Source: a virus
Taxonomy: Duplodnaviria; Caudoviricetes
DNA length: 61,300 bases
Direction: 5' to 3' (one strand)
IMG/VR virus record: IMGVR_UViG_3300021961_006819
Location: 1-61,300 of that record
A program made the translations under genes and the position numbers. A model generated the notes under the pieces. That model had not been told where the DNA came from. It made no database searches and saw only the letters and a program-made list of their open reading frames with translations. This document shows positions 39,928 to 49,277 of this stretch, one piece after another; the first letter of the stretch is position 1; every line of letters begins with the position of its first letter.

Positions 39928-40129
39928 AGAATCAAAAGGTTTAGGTGATACTATTGCAAAAATCACATCTGCTACTAAATTAGACAAGTTAGCAGAAGCG
40001 ATTGCACAAGCAGCCGGTAAGGATGATTGTGGTTGTAAAGCACGCCAGGAAAGATTAAATAATCTATTCCCATATAACAACGAACCCAGAAAAACTTCAC
40101 CTAAATCTAATTTCCCTACCAAGGAGTAA
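39917..40129 (+). CDS. Conserved small phage protein (CGC motif)
   Basis: SKGLGDTIAKIT..DCGCKARQERLN.LFP. Confidence 0.65.
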   Translation: MNGKESKGLGDTIAKITSATKLDKLAEAIAQAAGKDDCGCKARQERLNNLFPYNNEPRKTSPKSNFPTKE

Positions 40130-40131
40130 TA

Positions 40132-41133
40132 ATGGCTAGTTTAAGAGATTTAATTTTGGAAGTAATCACCGAGGAACAACTTGATGAAAAATTGATTACA
40201 TATGGTAATAGAAAGCCATATGGTCAAATAGTGTTCTTGGCCGGTGGTGCTGGTTCTGGTAAGGGATTTGCTATTTCTAACTTCTTGGATTCTGCCGGAT
40301 TCAAAGTTCGTGATGTGGATGAGATGAAAAAACAACTTCAGGTATTGAATCGTTTGGGTAAAATTTCAATTGATGATATCATTAAGAAGTATGGTAAAAA
40401 CATTCCACCAAGAGAAATAGAAAACATTCGTTCTATTCAATCTCAAGGATATAGATTACAAAATATGGACTTGAAACGACCAGAGCAAGTTCAAGCACTT
40501 CACGCTCTTGTTAAGGCAATTGGTATCAAAGATGCATCGCTTGCTAATATGTTGGCGGCTGCAAGTAATCCTGAAGTTCTTCCAAATATTATGTTTGACA
40601 TTACTGCAAAAGATTTGAGTGACATCACCGATGTTTTACCTCAACTAAAAGCAGTTGGATACAAGCCAGAAAATATTCACTTGACTTGGATTCTTACAAA
40701 CTATGTTGTTGCTATGCAAAACAACAAAAGTCGTTCAAGAATGGTTCCTGAAGATATCTTATTGAAGACCCACGAGGGTGCTTCAAATACCATTTGGGGA
40801 TTGGTAACTAAAGCACTTCCAAAAGGTATGAATGGTCGTGTGGATGTAGTTCTTAATAACCCAGAAAATACGGTATATATTAAAAACGCAGCCGGACAAG
40901 ACATTGAAAAAACCCAAGATAAAGTTAAAACACATATGTCTTTGGATGACAAGGGTAAGATAAAAACAACACGAACAGTTGAGAAGGAAAAAGTAAAGTT
41001 TGCTACTAATTTCTTATCATTACCACTTAAAAGCGCGGGTAGTGGTTTTGTTCCTGAAAAAATATGGAGAAATATCTTATTTGGATGGATTAAACAAAAC
41101 GCACCTGATTCAGTTACTTCAAATATGGAATAA
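40132..41133 (+). CDS. P-loop kinase-like protein (zeta-toxin/AAA_33-like)
   Basis: FLAGGAGSGKG Walker A and RSRMVP; LRDLILE leader. Confidence 0.7.
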   Translation: MASLRDLILEVITEEQLDEKLITYGNRKPYGQIVFLAGGAGSGKGFAISNFLDSAGFKVRDVDEMKKQLQVLNRLGKISIDDIIKKYGKNIPPREIENIRSIQSQGYRLQNMDLKRPEQVQALHALVKAIGIKDASLANMLAAASNPEVLPNIMFDITAKDLSDITDVLPQLKAVGYKPENIHLTWILTNYVVAMQNNKSRSRMVPEDILLKTHEGASNTIWGLVTKALPKGMNGRVDVVLNNPENTVYIKNAAGQDIEKTQDKVKTHMSLDDKGKIKTTRTVEKEKVKFATNFLSLPLKSAGSGFVPEKIWRNILFGWIKQNAPDSVTSNME

Positions 41134-41150
41134 ACATAAAAACAAAAGTT

Positions 41151-41735
41151 ATGCAAATATCAGCTTATATCATCGACAATTTTTATTCCGATGTAGACGC
41201 AGTTAGAGAATTCGCTCTACAACAGGACTTTTCAGTTCGTGGAAACTATCCAGGCCCAAGAACTCAAACTTTCCTCAATGATTCAATGAAAGACACAATT
41301 GAGTCAGTTGTAAAACCAATGTATGGTAATGTTACCTATTGGTCCGAAGAACAATATACAGGCGCTTATCAATATACAACTTCAAGAGATAGAAGTTGGA
41401 TTCACGCAGACCAAACTACAAAGTGGGCCGCTGTTTGTTATTTGACACCAGACGCACCTTTGAGTGCAGGTACGGGCCTTTTCAAACACAAACCAACCGG
41501 TCTTACAATGGCGCCTAAAAACGAGGATGGTTCTTATAATAAAGAATTGCTTCAACAAATCTACAAGGATTCTCAAGATATGACTAAATGGGAAATGGTA
41601 GACCGATTGGGTAATGTTTACAATCGATTGGTATTGTATCGCGGTGACCACTTCCATATGTCGTTGGATTACTTTGGTCAAGACCTTTACGATGGTAGAT
41701 TATTTCAGACATTCTTCTTTGATACTGAACTTTGA
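41151..41735 (+). CDS. 2OG-Fe(II) oxygenase (DUF6445-like)
   Basis: IIDNFY, YPGPRT, WIHAD, YNRLVLY..FH..RLFQTFF. Confidence 0.8.
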   Translation: MQISAYIIDNFYSDVDAVREFALQQDFSVRGNYPGPRTQTFLNDSMKDTIESVVKPMYGNVTYWSEEQYTGAYQYTTSRDRSWIHADQTTKWAAVCYLTPDAPLSAGTGLFKHKPTGLTMAPKNEDGSYNKELLQQIYKDSQDMTKWEMVDRLGNVYNRLVLYRGDHFHMSLDYFGQDLYDGRLFQTFFFDTEL

Positions 41736-42340
41736 ACTACTCCCATAAACACAAATTTGTCTGGCACGCCCCATTTAAAGTAGCAAGTAGAGCTACCGCT
41801 GATGTATTTAGGTATACATCAGATATGAATCCCCATTTACCTATGGGAAATAGTCCTATGATATTCACCCACGAAAATATGTGGCCTGAAGAATGTCCAA
41901 TGGATTACTTACATATTGTAAATGTAAGACACCCATACTATCGGTGGATTTCATATTGGAAACACGGCTTAAAAGATGAAAATGAGTTAGACAAATCACT
42001 CAAAGACCCACTTACTGCGTTAAAGTCCGTAACCGATGAAAGGTGTTGGGCTTGGTCTGAATGGAGAATTGTAACTCAATTCCAAGAACGAATAGACCAC
42101 ATTATCCACGCCGAATCCGTATTAGAAGACCTTCGCAAACTACCATTTATTTCAGATGACTTTGAGTGGGATTTTACTCCACGAAGTAAACGACCAACAT
42201 TCATACCTAAAGGAACTACTTGGGATGTAAACGAACTCCGAGAGCTTGTTTACGATAAGTTCAGATGGGATTATGACAATTTTGGATATGGAAAGTGGGA
42301 TAACCACGATAATCTTTGGGATTGTTCGCCAAAGATTTAA
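41732..42340 (+). CDS. Sulfotransferase family 2-like protein
   Basis: FVWHAPFKVASR, VRHPYYRWISYW and WDYDNFGY. Confidence 0.65.
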   Translation: MNYSHKHKFVWHAPFKVASRATADVFRYTSDMNPHLPMGNSPMIFTHENMWPEECPMDYLHIVNVRHPYYRWISYWKHGLKDENELDKSLKDPLTALKSVTDERCWAWSEWRIVTQFQERIDHIIHAESVLEDLRKLPFISDDFEWDFTPRSKRPTFIPKGTTWDVNELRELVYDKFRWDYDNFGYGKWDNHDNLWDCSPKI

Positions 42341-42414
42341 CATAAACTTAACATTAAAAGTTTGTTTTTTCAGAATTATTTCGTATCTTTACTATGTAAT
42401 CAATGAGAGATATG
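42337..42414 (+). promoter_or_regulatory. Promoter with TTAACA-N5-TTAACA box and AGAGATATG leader
   Basis: TTAACA 42337 and 42348; TTTG 42361; TATCTTTA 42384. Confidence 0.65.
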
Positions 42415-43128
42415 AAACCAATTAAAGAAGAAATCCTCCACCAGTTAGAGAAACCCATTAGTGATTTAACTGCTGAAATCATTCAGAGTGAGAAAGCCTT
42501 TTACCTAAAGAAGACCGGTAGGGAACTCCGAATTACCGAAAGAGATAAAGAGATGATTCGTTTGAGTTTGGTCATTGACCTAATGAAAGCTCTTCAAAAC
42601 TACATCCTTCCTACCGATAAACTGACTGGGTTCAATTGGTATGGTGGTCCGAAAGGAATTGAGATTTCTGCTGGAATTGAACGAGAGGGAACTAAATACT
42701 TCTTCGTTACCGAAGCCATCACTGCTGGTGGTTACAACATCCAACGATTCCACTACCGATATATCGTTAAGAGTAAGATGCCGCGTGTTTATAGTGACCT
42801 CGCTGCCGAATATGTCGCTAAACAAAAGAAGATGAAAACTCTTGACCGATTGGAAAAAGAGTTGAATGACCTCAACAAAATATACGAAGATAAACAAACT
42901 TCGGTTAACACCTACTCCGCAATGACTCGTTCACAACTGATTGAAGCTATGAAAGAGAGTATGTACTCTTGGAGATACGAAGCTTGGAAACGAGATGGTG
43001 ATGATGAGATTTTGGAAGAGGGTATTCGTGGTATGAAACAATGGTACATCGAGTGGCCTAAACGAGATATGAAGAACCTCCTCAAGAGAATCGCCAAACT
43101 AAACATCAAAATTGATAATATAAAATAA
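42412..43128 (+). CDS. Hypothetical early protein
   Basis: AGGYNIQRFHYRYI; coiled coil; start after AGAGAT. Confidence 0.7.
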   Translation: MKPIKEEILHQLEKPISDLTAEIIQSEKAFYLKKTGRELRITERDKEMIRLSLVIDLMKALQNYILPTDKLTGFNWYGGPKGIEISAGIEREGTKYFFVTEAITAGGYNIQRFHYRYIVKSKMPRVYSDLAAEYVAKQKKMKTLDRLEKELNDLNKIYEDKQTSVNTYSAMTRSQLIEAMKESMYSWRYEAWKRDGDDEILEEGIRGMKQWYIEWPKRDMKNLLKRIAKLNIKIDNIK

Positions 43129-43202
43129 CAATTTCTTAACATTAGAAATTTGGATATATGGAATATATGTCGTACTTTAGTAGTGTAAGATTAAGAGATA
43201 TG
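43125..43202 (+). promoter_or_regulatory. Promoter with (T/A)TAACA direct repeat and GTAAGATTAAGAGATATG leader
   Basis: ATAACA 43125, TTAACA 43136, TTTG 43149, TACTTTAG 43173. Confidence 0.6.
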
Positions 43203-43382
43203 AGAAATCTGATTTATATTTTGTGTTCCCTTGCTCTGATTGGTGTCGGAGTTGGGATGATGAGAGGTGATGTTCAAGAAGTAATTCACTTCGCAGACCC
43301 ACTCAACGAGTTAGTGTTTACTATGTTGGTATTTTTACTATCAGTCGCAGTATTGTCTAACTTGAAATTCAAATCCAAGTAA
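43200..43382 (+). CDS. Small 2-TM membrane protein
   Basis: Two hydrophobic helices; start ATG 43200. Confidence 0.6.
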   Translation: MRNLIYILCSLALIGVGVGMMRGDVQEVIHFADPLNELVFTMLVFLLSVAVLSNLKFKSK

Positions 43383-43383
43383 T

Positions 43384-43566
43384 ATGAAGTGGCAGTATCG
43401 TGAGATGGGTTCTCGTGATAAGAAAGGTAATCTAAAGTATTACAAAGTCACGGTAGAAGATTGGAAGATTATTAATTGTGAATGTCCGGCTCGTGAGTTC
43501 CGTAGATATTCTCCTTGTAAACATATGAAACGACTTAATGAAAAGTGTTCCCACCTTGCCCTCTAA
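43384..43566 (+). CDS. SWIM zinc-finger protein
   Basis: CECPA..FRR..PCKH. Confidence 0.75.
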   Translation: MKWQYREMGSRDKKGNLKYYKVTVEDWKIINCECPAREFRRYSPCKHMKRLNEKCSHLAL

Positions 43567-43680
43567 TAACCGATTAGGTTATGTTGAATGGATGTTAAAA
43601 ATCCAAAGTGTTCATTACGCCAACAAACCAGCGATGGAACGGGCCTTAAACCGATTAGTCCCATAAAAAAATTGAAAAAA

Positions 43681-43756
43681 TTAACAAAAACTTAACAAAA
43701 ACATTTGGTAGTTCCAAATCTATTTTGTATATTTGTATGTAAGAGTTAGAGATATG
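43681..43756 (+). promoter_or_regulatory. Promoter with TTAACA-N5-TTAACA box and AGAGATATG leader
   Basis: TTAACA 43681 and 43692; TTTG 43704; TATATTTG 43728. Confidence 0.75.
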
Positions 43757-44107
43757 AAGAATAAAACGATTTTCACCGACATTGACGGTACTTTGGTTCA
43801 CCAAGTACGATTTGAAGAAATTGACCCTTATAGTAGTGTGGCTTTGCCCGGTGCTGTTGAGAAAATGAACCAATGGTACAACGAAGGTCATCATATTGTG
43901 TTAACCACCGCTCGACCAGAATATCTACGAAATACCACTGTTCTTGAGATGGCGTTGTTAGGTATCCCATTCCACCAATTGGTAATGGGTATCGGCCGAG
44001 CTGAACGAATCCTAATCAACAATGCTAGTGAGGAACGACCTCAAGAGGTTCGAGCCGCCGCTATCCAAGTTGAAAAGAATGGTGGTTTTGAAAATGTAAA
44101 CATCTAA
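43754..44107 (+). CDS. HAD-family protein
   Basis: FTDIDGTL and LTTAR. Confidence 0.8.
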   Translation: MKNKTIFTDIDGTLVHQVRFEEIDPYSSVALPGAVEKMNQWYNEGHHIVLTTARPEYLRNTTVLEMALLGIPFHQLVMGIGRAERILINNASEERPQEVRAAAIQVEKNGGFENVNI

Positions 44108-44131
44108 TTATTCTCATAAGGAGAAAAAATT

Positions 44132-44377
44132 ATGAGTGAACAAGATTTAATAGACCTTGGGTTCGAGAGAACCGATGAACCGGCGGAAGCTTGGGGTGGT
44201 CAAGATGACTTTTATTACTACTCGTTAAACATTGGTGGTGTTGAATTTATTTCAAACGCAAACGATGAGTGGGATAGCGAAGGTTTATGGGTAGAGATTA
44301 TGGAAACCGACATCCGTTTCAAAGGAAGTGGTGACTTGGAAGATATTATCAGAATCCTTGAACAAAACGAAAGATAA
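44132..44377 (+). CDS. Acidic hypothetical protein
   Basis: 81 aa, SD AAGGAG. Confidence 0.65.
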   Translation: MSEQDLIDLGFERTDEPAEAWGGQDDFYYYSLNIGGVEFISNANDEWDSEGLWVEIMETDIRFKGSGDLEDIIRILEQNER

Positions 44378-44829
44378 TGGAGTTACCAAAAGTACGACAC
44401 ATTAACAAAGATAAACGCAAGAAGAAAAAACACCACTATAAGGAGTTTGACCCTGTGGTGATTAAATTTTATGGGGAACGACATATATGTTTTGTAGAGA
44501 AACTACAATTCAGTAAAGATAAGTACCCTACTTATAAAGTGAGGTCGGTCACCAATCCTGGTTGTATTTATTATGACTTGGAATTGGATGACCCTGATGA
44601 CCCTTATTGTTATGTATCATCAACCCTAACTAAAAGTTTAACAGATGCCGAATTGGAAAGAATTAGAATACACGCAAACGAATATCGAACAAGAATCGAT
44701 AGAAAGTTCCGTGTGGAAAATCAGCAACAATCCAATGGGGTTGTTAATCTCCGAGTTGATGAAAAACAACAACTCAAAAAACAAATCAAAAAACAAAAAC
44801 AATTTGTAAATGGTGAAAAGTTCTGGTAA
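44377..44829 (+). CDS. Hypothetical protein
   Basis: TAATG-coupled ORF. Confidence 0.6.
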   Translation: MELPKVRHINKDKRKKKKHHYKEFDPVVIKFYGERHICFVEKLQFSKDKYPTYKVRSVTNPGCIYYDLELDDPDDPYCYVSSTLTKSLTDAELERIRIHANEYRTRIDRKFRVENQQQSNGVVNLRVDEKQQLKKQIKKQKQFVNGEKFW

Positions 44830-45295
44830 ATTCCTACGCAACTTCGTAGTTCTACTAATAGTAAACTTTGTTGCATTGGCTCTTGGGGCCGCATATACTG
44901 ACCCAGGCGTATCTTCTGATTGGTACAAATCTTTAAATCAAGCACCTTGGACTCCGCCGGGTTGGGTCTTCGGAATGGCTTGGACTACAATTGGAGTTAC
45001 ATACGCATTAATGATGACTTACCTTTCAGTAAGTTCATATCGACATATTGACCAAGTTCACAATTGGTTTTGGTTTAGTGTTGCATTCAACATTATGTGG
45101 AATCCTGTATTCTTTTGGAAACATTTCCTATGGTTGGGTGTTATAGTATTGGTAATCCTATCTTATTTGATTTTCCGATTGGTGGACTTTACTCGTTCAT
45201 CGATGGGGTGGAAGATTGCTTGGTTGGGAATGCCATACTTTATTTGGTTAATGATTGCGACATCTCTGAATTTATACATCGCATTGATGAATTGA
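44810..45295 (+). CDS. tspO: TspO/MBR tryptophan-rich sensory protein
   Basis: WYKSLNQAPWTPPGWVFGMAWT, WNPVFF, PYFIWL.IA.SLN; 5 TM. Confidence 0.9.
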   Translation: MVKSSGKFLRNFVVLLIVNFVALALGAAYTDPGVSSDWYKSLNQAPWTPPGWVFGMAWTTIGVTYALMMTYLSVSSYRHIDQVHNWFWFSVAFNIMWNPVFFWKHFLWLGVIVLVILSYLIFRLVDFTRSSMGWKIAWLGMPYFIWLMIATSLNLYIALMN

Positions 45296-45327
45296 TTTGG
45301 TAATGTCAGATTTATTTTGTATATTTG
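45296..45327 (+). promoter_or_regulatory. Bacteroidetes sigma70-type promoter
   Basis: TTTG 45296, N20, TATATTTG 45320. Confidence 0.75.
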
Positions 45328-45347
45328 TTAAAAATAAGGAAAAAGTT

Positions 45348-45638
45348 ATGAAGTACAAACCATTGAATGACTATGTATTAGTCAAGGTTATTAAAGAAGA
45401 AGAGAAGACCAAAGGTGGTCTTTATAAACCATCAGACGCTAAAGAGCAGATGTTGGGTGAAGTTTTGTCAGTAGGTAGTGGTATCTACACATCATCCGGA
45501 ACTCTGATTCCAATGAATCTAAAAGTGGGTGATAGGGTAATCGTACCCAATACGGGCATTCAATTGAAGTTAGAAGGTGAGAAGTATAACCTCTATCGTG
45601 AGGCAGAAATCTTAATGGTAATCGATGAGCTTAACTAA
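45348..45638 (+). CDS. groES: Co-chaperonin GroES
   Basis: KPLNDYVLV..KTKGGL..GEVLSVGSG..LKVGDRV; start ATG 45348. Confidence 0.93.
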   Translation: MKYKPLNDYVLVKVIKEEEKTKGGLYKPSDAKEQMLGEVLSVGSGIYTSSGTLIPMNLKVGDRVIVPNTGIQLKLEGEKYNLYREAEILMVIDELN

Positions 45639-45780
45639 ACGATATATTGATTCATTGTACGAAACAAGTGGTGTAAATCCACTCGTTAATGATTACGAAG
45701 ACGCTGACTACGAATACCAACAATATAAAGATAATCAACCAACACATAGTGATTGGGAAGATTACGATACAGACGAATGA
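45625..45780 (+). CDS. Small acidic hypothetical protein, 51 aa
   Basis: Not in ORF track; MSLTKRYIDSLY...DWEDYDTDE, ATGA-coupled to next ORF. Confidence 0.5.
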   Translation: MSLTKRYIDSLYETSGVNPLVNDYEDADYEYQQYKDNQPTHSDWEDYDTDE

Positions 45781-46121
45781 GAAATTTAACAATAGGACTT
45801 TTACTAATATTCATAGGTCAAGCTATGATATGGTTTCAAACCAACGGACAATTTGTATGGGACTCGTTTAAACGAAATACCTTACTTTTGTCTGTTGGTT
45901 TGGGTTCTATTATTTCCTATTTGTTTATTGTCGGAACTCGTTATCTCGTAGTTCACTTTGATGGGTTATTGTGGCCTGGTCGGTTCATCGCATTTGGTAT
46001 GGGTATCATCTCATTCACCGCATTGACTTGGTACTACCTTGGTGAGGGACTATCCACCAAAACCATCGTATCCCTTATGTTAGCATTTTTACTTGTAGGT
46101 ATTCAGATTCTATGGAAATAG
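45777..46121 (+). CDS. 4-TM membrane protein (SMR/DMT-like)
   Basis: Four hydrophobic helices; YYLGEGLS. Confidence 0.55.
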   Translation: MRNLTIGLLLIFIGQAMIWFQTNGQFVWDSFKRNTLLLSVGLGSIISYLFIVGTRYLVVHFDGLLWPGRFIAFGMGIISFTALTWYYLGEGLSTKTIVSLMLAFLLVGIQILWK

Positions 46122-46324
46122 CAAATAGAGAATTAAGAAAACACGCCATAATGTTGGCGGATGCAAAGAAGGTTGTGTATGAGAGTAAACACCATCTTGT
46201 AGGTGTTGACGCATACAAAGACAAAAAGAAGATTAACGATTTAGAAATCAAAATTCGTGATAAGGGTCAATTAATGACAATTAAAGACCTCCAATTTTTG
46301 GAAAGTATACACGAAAAATATTGA
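46112..46324 (+). CDS. Hypothetical protein
   Basis: 70-aa ORF in operon. Confidence 0.5.
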   Translation: MEIANRELRKHAIMLADAKKVVYESKHHLVGVDAYKDKKKINDLEIKIRDKGQLMTIKDLQFLESIHEKY

Positions 46325-46342
46325 GAAACATATTTATTAATA

Positions 46343-46957
46343 ATGAGTTACGGAAAAGGACATAAGATGCCGAGTGGTTATGTGTTGGGTAAGGGTAGGA
46401 CTCCTATGAACCTTACTGAAGCACAAATTCGGTATGCGATGAAGAACTCCAAGAGTAATAGTGGAGCTGCCCGATTCCTTAACATTTCACTCACCACATT
46501 TCAGAAGTACGCCAAACAATACATTGATGAAACTACCGGCAAATCTCTTTGGGACTTACATAAGAATCAAAAAGGTGAGGGTGTTAAGAAACCATATAAT
46601 GTAGAAAAGGGTAAATACTCACTTACTGAAATCTTGGAAGGTAAACATCCAAATTATTCAGTTCACTTACTGAAGAGTAGATTAATCAACAATGCTGACA
46701 AGATGGAGGATTTCCCTCACGAATGTCATAATTGTGGATACAATGAGAAAAGAATCACCGATGGTAGCATTCCATTGGTGTTAGACCATATGGATGAGGA
46801 TTGGAAGAATCACAAGAAGGAAAATCTCCGTTTCTTGTGTTACAATTGTTTCCATAATCTCCGTGGTAATCTCCGTGGTAAACAACCAGAGTGGAGAGCA
46901 GAGAAAATCAAAGCCGCAATCAAAAAACGAAAACAACAAGAAAAAAAGGAAAAATAA
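46343..46957 (+). CDS. HTH plus HNH endonuclease
   Basis: SNSGAARFLNISLTTF HTH; CHNC..LDHMDED..NLRFLCYNC. Confidence 0.8.
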   Translation: MSYGKGHKMPSGYVLGKGRTPMNLTEAQIRYAMKNSKSNSGAARFLNISLTTFQKYAKQYIDETTGKSLWDLHKNQKGEGVKKPYNVEKGKYSLTEILEGKHPNYSVHLLKSRLINNADKMEDFPHECHNCGYNEKRITDGSIPLVLDHMDEDWKNHKKENLRFLCYNCFHNLRGNLRGKQPEWRAEKIKAAIKKRKQQEKKEK

Positions 46958-46960
46958 GTT

Positions 46961-48550
46961 ATGGGTAAACAAGTATTTTACGGAAATGAATCACGACAAA
47001 AATTATTAGCCGGAGTTAATCAACTTGCTGACGCAGTTGTGGTAACACTTGGACCTCGTGGTCGTAATGTAATCATTGAAACGGACACGACTCCACATAT
47101 TACAAAGGATGGTGTTACAGTTGCAAAATCAATCGAGTTCACCGACAAGACAATGAACTTGGGTGCTCGTGTAATCAAAGAGGCAGCACAACAAACTGCT
47201 GACCACGCGGGTGATGGTACAACCACATCCACGGTTCTTGCTCGTGAAATCTTCAGTAATGGAATGGAGGCGATTGAGAAGGGTGTGAATCCTATTGAGT
47301 TGAAACGAGGTATGGATATTGCCGTAAAGTCAATCGTTAGTAACTTGGTTCAGAACATTTCGACCAAAGTAGAAACGAACGACCAAATCAAACAAGTCGC
47401 AACTATCTCCGCAAATGGTGATGAGGTAATCGGTTCTATGTTGGCTGATGCTATGGCTCAAGTGGGTCGTGATGGTGTAATCACTATCGAAGAAGGAAAC
47501 TCAAATGAGGATGAACTCAAAATTGTAGAAGGTCTTCAGTTTGATAAAGGTTACCTTTCTCACTACTTTATGAACAATCAGTCAAAACTGAATTGTGAAT
47601 TGACCGAACCACAAATCCTACTCTACGATGGTCATATTTCAGAGATGGATGACATCGTGGGTATCCTTGAGAATGTATCAAGTAAGAACAAGGCGATTGC
47701 CGTGATTGCTCACGAAATCGATGGACAAGCTCTCGCTACTATGGTGGTGAACGCAGCCCGTGGTACATTGAAGTGTGTTGCTGTGAAAGCTCCCGGCTTC
47801 GGTAACGAACGAAGTGAGATGATGAAAGATATCGCAGCTCTAACCGGCGCTACTCTTTTTGGTGGTATTGGTAAAGAACTCGAAGACATCACTATGGATG
47901 ACTTGGGTGAAGCCGAGAAAATGGTAGTAACCAAATCAGACACCACAATCATTGGTGGTATGGGTGCTAACGAAGACATCCAAACTCGTGTTCAACAAAT
48001 CAAAACCGAGATTGAAGAATCCTCTTCAGATTATGAAAAGGAGAAACTCCACAAACGATTGGCTAAATTGAGTGGTGGTGTTGCAGTTATCCGTGTTGGT
48101 GCTGAATCTGAAATCGAGATGAGGGAGAAGAAAGACCGAATTGATGACGCTCTTCTCGCTACCAAAGCCGCAGTTGAAGAGGGAATCGTGCCGGGTGGCG
48201 GTGCCGCTCTGATTCACGCAAGTGACACGGTTTATATGGGTGAAACCCAACTATCAGCTGACCAAGAAACTGGCTTCAACATTGTGTGTAGTGCGTGTCA
48301 CGCTCCATTCAACGCAATCCTAAAGAACGCCGGTCTTCAGTATTTGTCAGATGGACAAAATCACGGACATACTTATGGTTATAATGTAGTGACTGAACAA
48401 TATTGTGACTTGTTAGAGGCCGGTGTAATTGACCCAACCAAAGTAACTCGTACCGCTATTGAGAAGGCCGTATCGGTTGCATCTACATTGTTAACGACTG
48501 AATGTATGATTGTAAACGAGCCGGAAGAAAAGGGTGAATCGCAAGCTTAA
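46961..48550 (+). CDS. groEL: Chaperonin GroEL
   Basis: TLGPRGRNV, TKDGVTVA, GDGTTT, GLQFDKGYLS and EEGIVPGGG; lacks GGM tail. Confidence 0.98.
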   Translation: MGKQVFYGNESRQKLLAGVNQLADAVVVTLGPRGRNVIIETDTTPHITKDGVTVAKSIEFTDKTMNLGARVIKEAAQQTADHAGDGTTTSTVLAREIFSNGMEAIEKGVNPIELKRGMDIAVKSIVSNLVQNISTKVETNDQIKQVATISANGDEVIGSMLADAMAQVGRDGVITIEEGNSNEDELKIVEGLQFDKGYLSHYFMNNQSKLNCELTEPQILLYDGHISEMDDIVGILENVSSKNKAIAVIAHEIDGQALATMVVNAARGTLKCVAVKAPGFGNERSEMMKDIAALTGATLFGGIGKELEDITMDDLGEAEKMVVTKSDTTIIGGMGANEDIQTRVQQIKTEIEESSSDYEKEKLHKRLAKLSGGVAVIRVGAESEIEMREKKDRIDDALLATKAAVEEGIVPGGGAALIHASDTVYMGETQLSADQETGFNIVCSACHAPFNAILKNAGLQYLSDGQNHGHTYGYNVVTEQYCDLLEAGVIDPTKVTRTAIEKAVSVASTLLTTECMIVNEPEEKGESQA

Positions 48551-49235
48551 AAAATATCATCTAAAGTACGAATACCTAAAACTTGAGGATGCGGATGTTG
48601 GTGATGAACTTAAAGAATATATCAGAGATTTTGAAGATAGATTCAACAAGTATTATCGTAAACCAAAACCAAATTCAAAAAATAAAGAAGTTTGGGTAAA
48701 CGAGGAAACGGGGGAGGTTAGAGATACACCTCCTCCGTTTGATGATTTTACTAAACATTGGGATAACTACAAAAAAGAATCCGAAGAAAAAGAACGAAAG
48801 CACAAAGAAAAAGTTGAAGAACTTAAAAATAGACCTGAAAAGCTCAAAAAACTCTACAAAAAATTGGCCGCTTATACTCATCCTGATAGAGGTGGTTCTA
48901 ATGATTTATTTCAAAAAGTAAACAAATCATATGAATCAAACGACCTAATGACTCTATTGAATCTTGCAGGAGAGTATGAATTAGAATACGACATTGATAA
49001 TTCAGATGAAAAAATTCTTGAAAAGAATCTCCGTGAGTTAGAAAAGGAAATTGAAAGAAAGAAAAATACACTCGCTTGGGCTTGGGGAACTGGTGATAAA
49101 AATACAAGAATTAATGTTGTAAAAGAAGTGGAAAAACAAACTGGTTGGGAAGTTGATGATGTTGATTTACCAGAAGACCTTGTAGACAAATCGAAAGAAA
49201 TTTTGTTAATTTCAACAGGCAGTTTGGATAATTAA
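48534..49235 (+). CDS. J-domain protein
   Basis: LKKLYKKLAAYTHPDRGG. Confidence 0.8.
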   Translation: MNRKLKKYHLKYEYLKLEDADVGDELKEYIRDFEDRFNKYYRKPKPNSKNKEVWVNEETGEVRDTPPPFDDFTKHWDNYKKESEEKERKHKEKVEELKNRPEKLKKLYKKLAAYTHPDRGGSNDLFQKVNKSYESNDLMTLLNLAGEYELEYDIDNSDEKILEKNLRELEKEIERKKNTLAWAWGTGDKNTRINVVKEVEKQTGWEVDDVDLPEDLVDKSKEILLISTGSLDN

Positions 49236-49254
49236 AATTTGTGTTGTATATTTG
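49223..49254 (+). promoter_or_regulatory. Bacteroidetes sigma70-type promoter
   Basis: TTTG 49223, N20, TATATTTG 49247. Confidence 0.75.
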
Positions 49255-49277
49255 TATCAAATAAAAACTAAAAAACA

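Noticed and set aside
42335-42345. ATTTAACATAA equals a XerD arm (TTATGTTAAAT reversed), a possible dif site
   Set aside because: No recognisable XerC arm at 6-bp spacing; better explained as part of the TTAACA promoter repeat seen at four other sites
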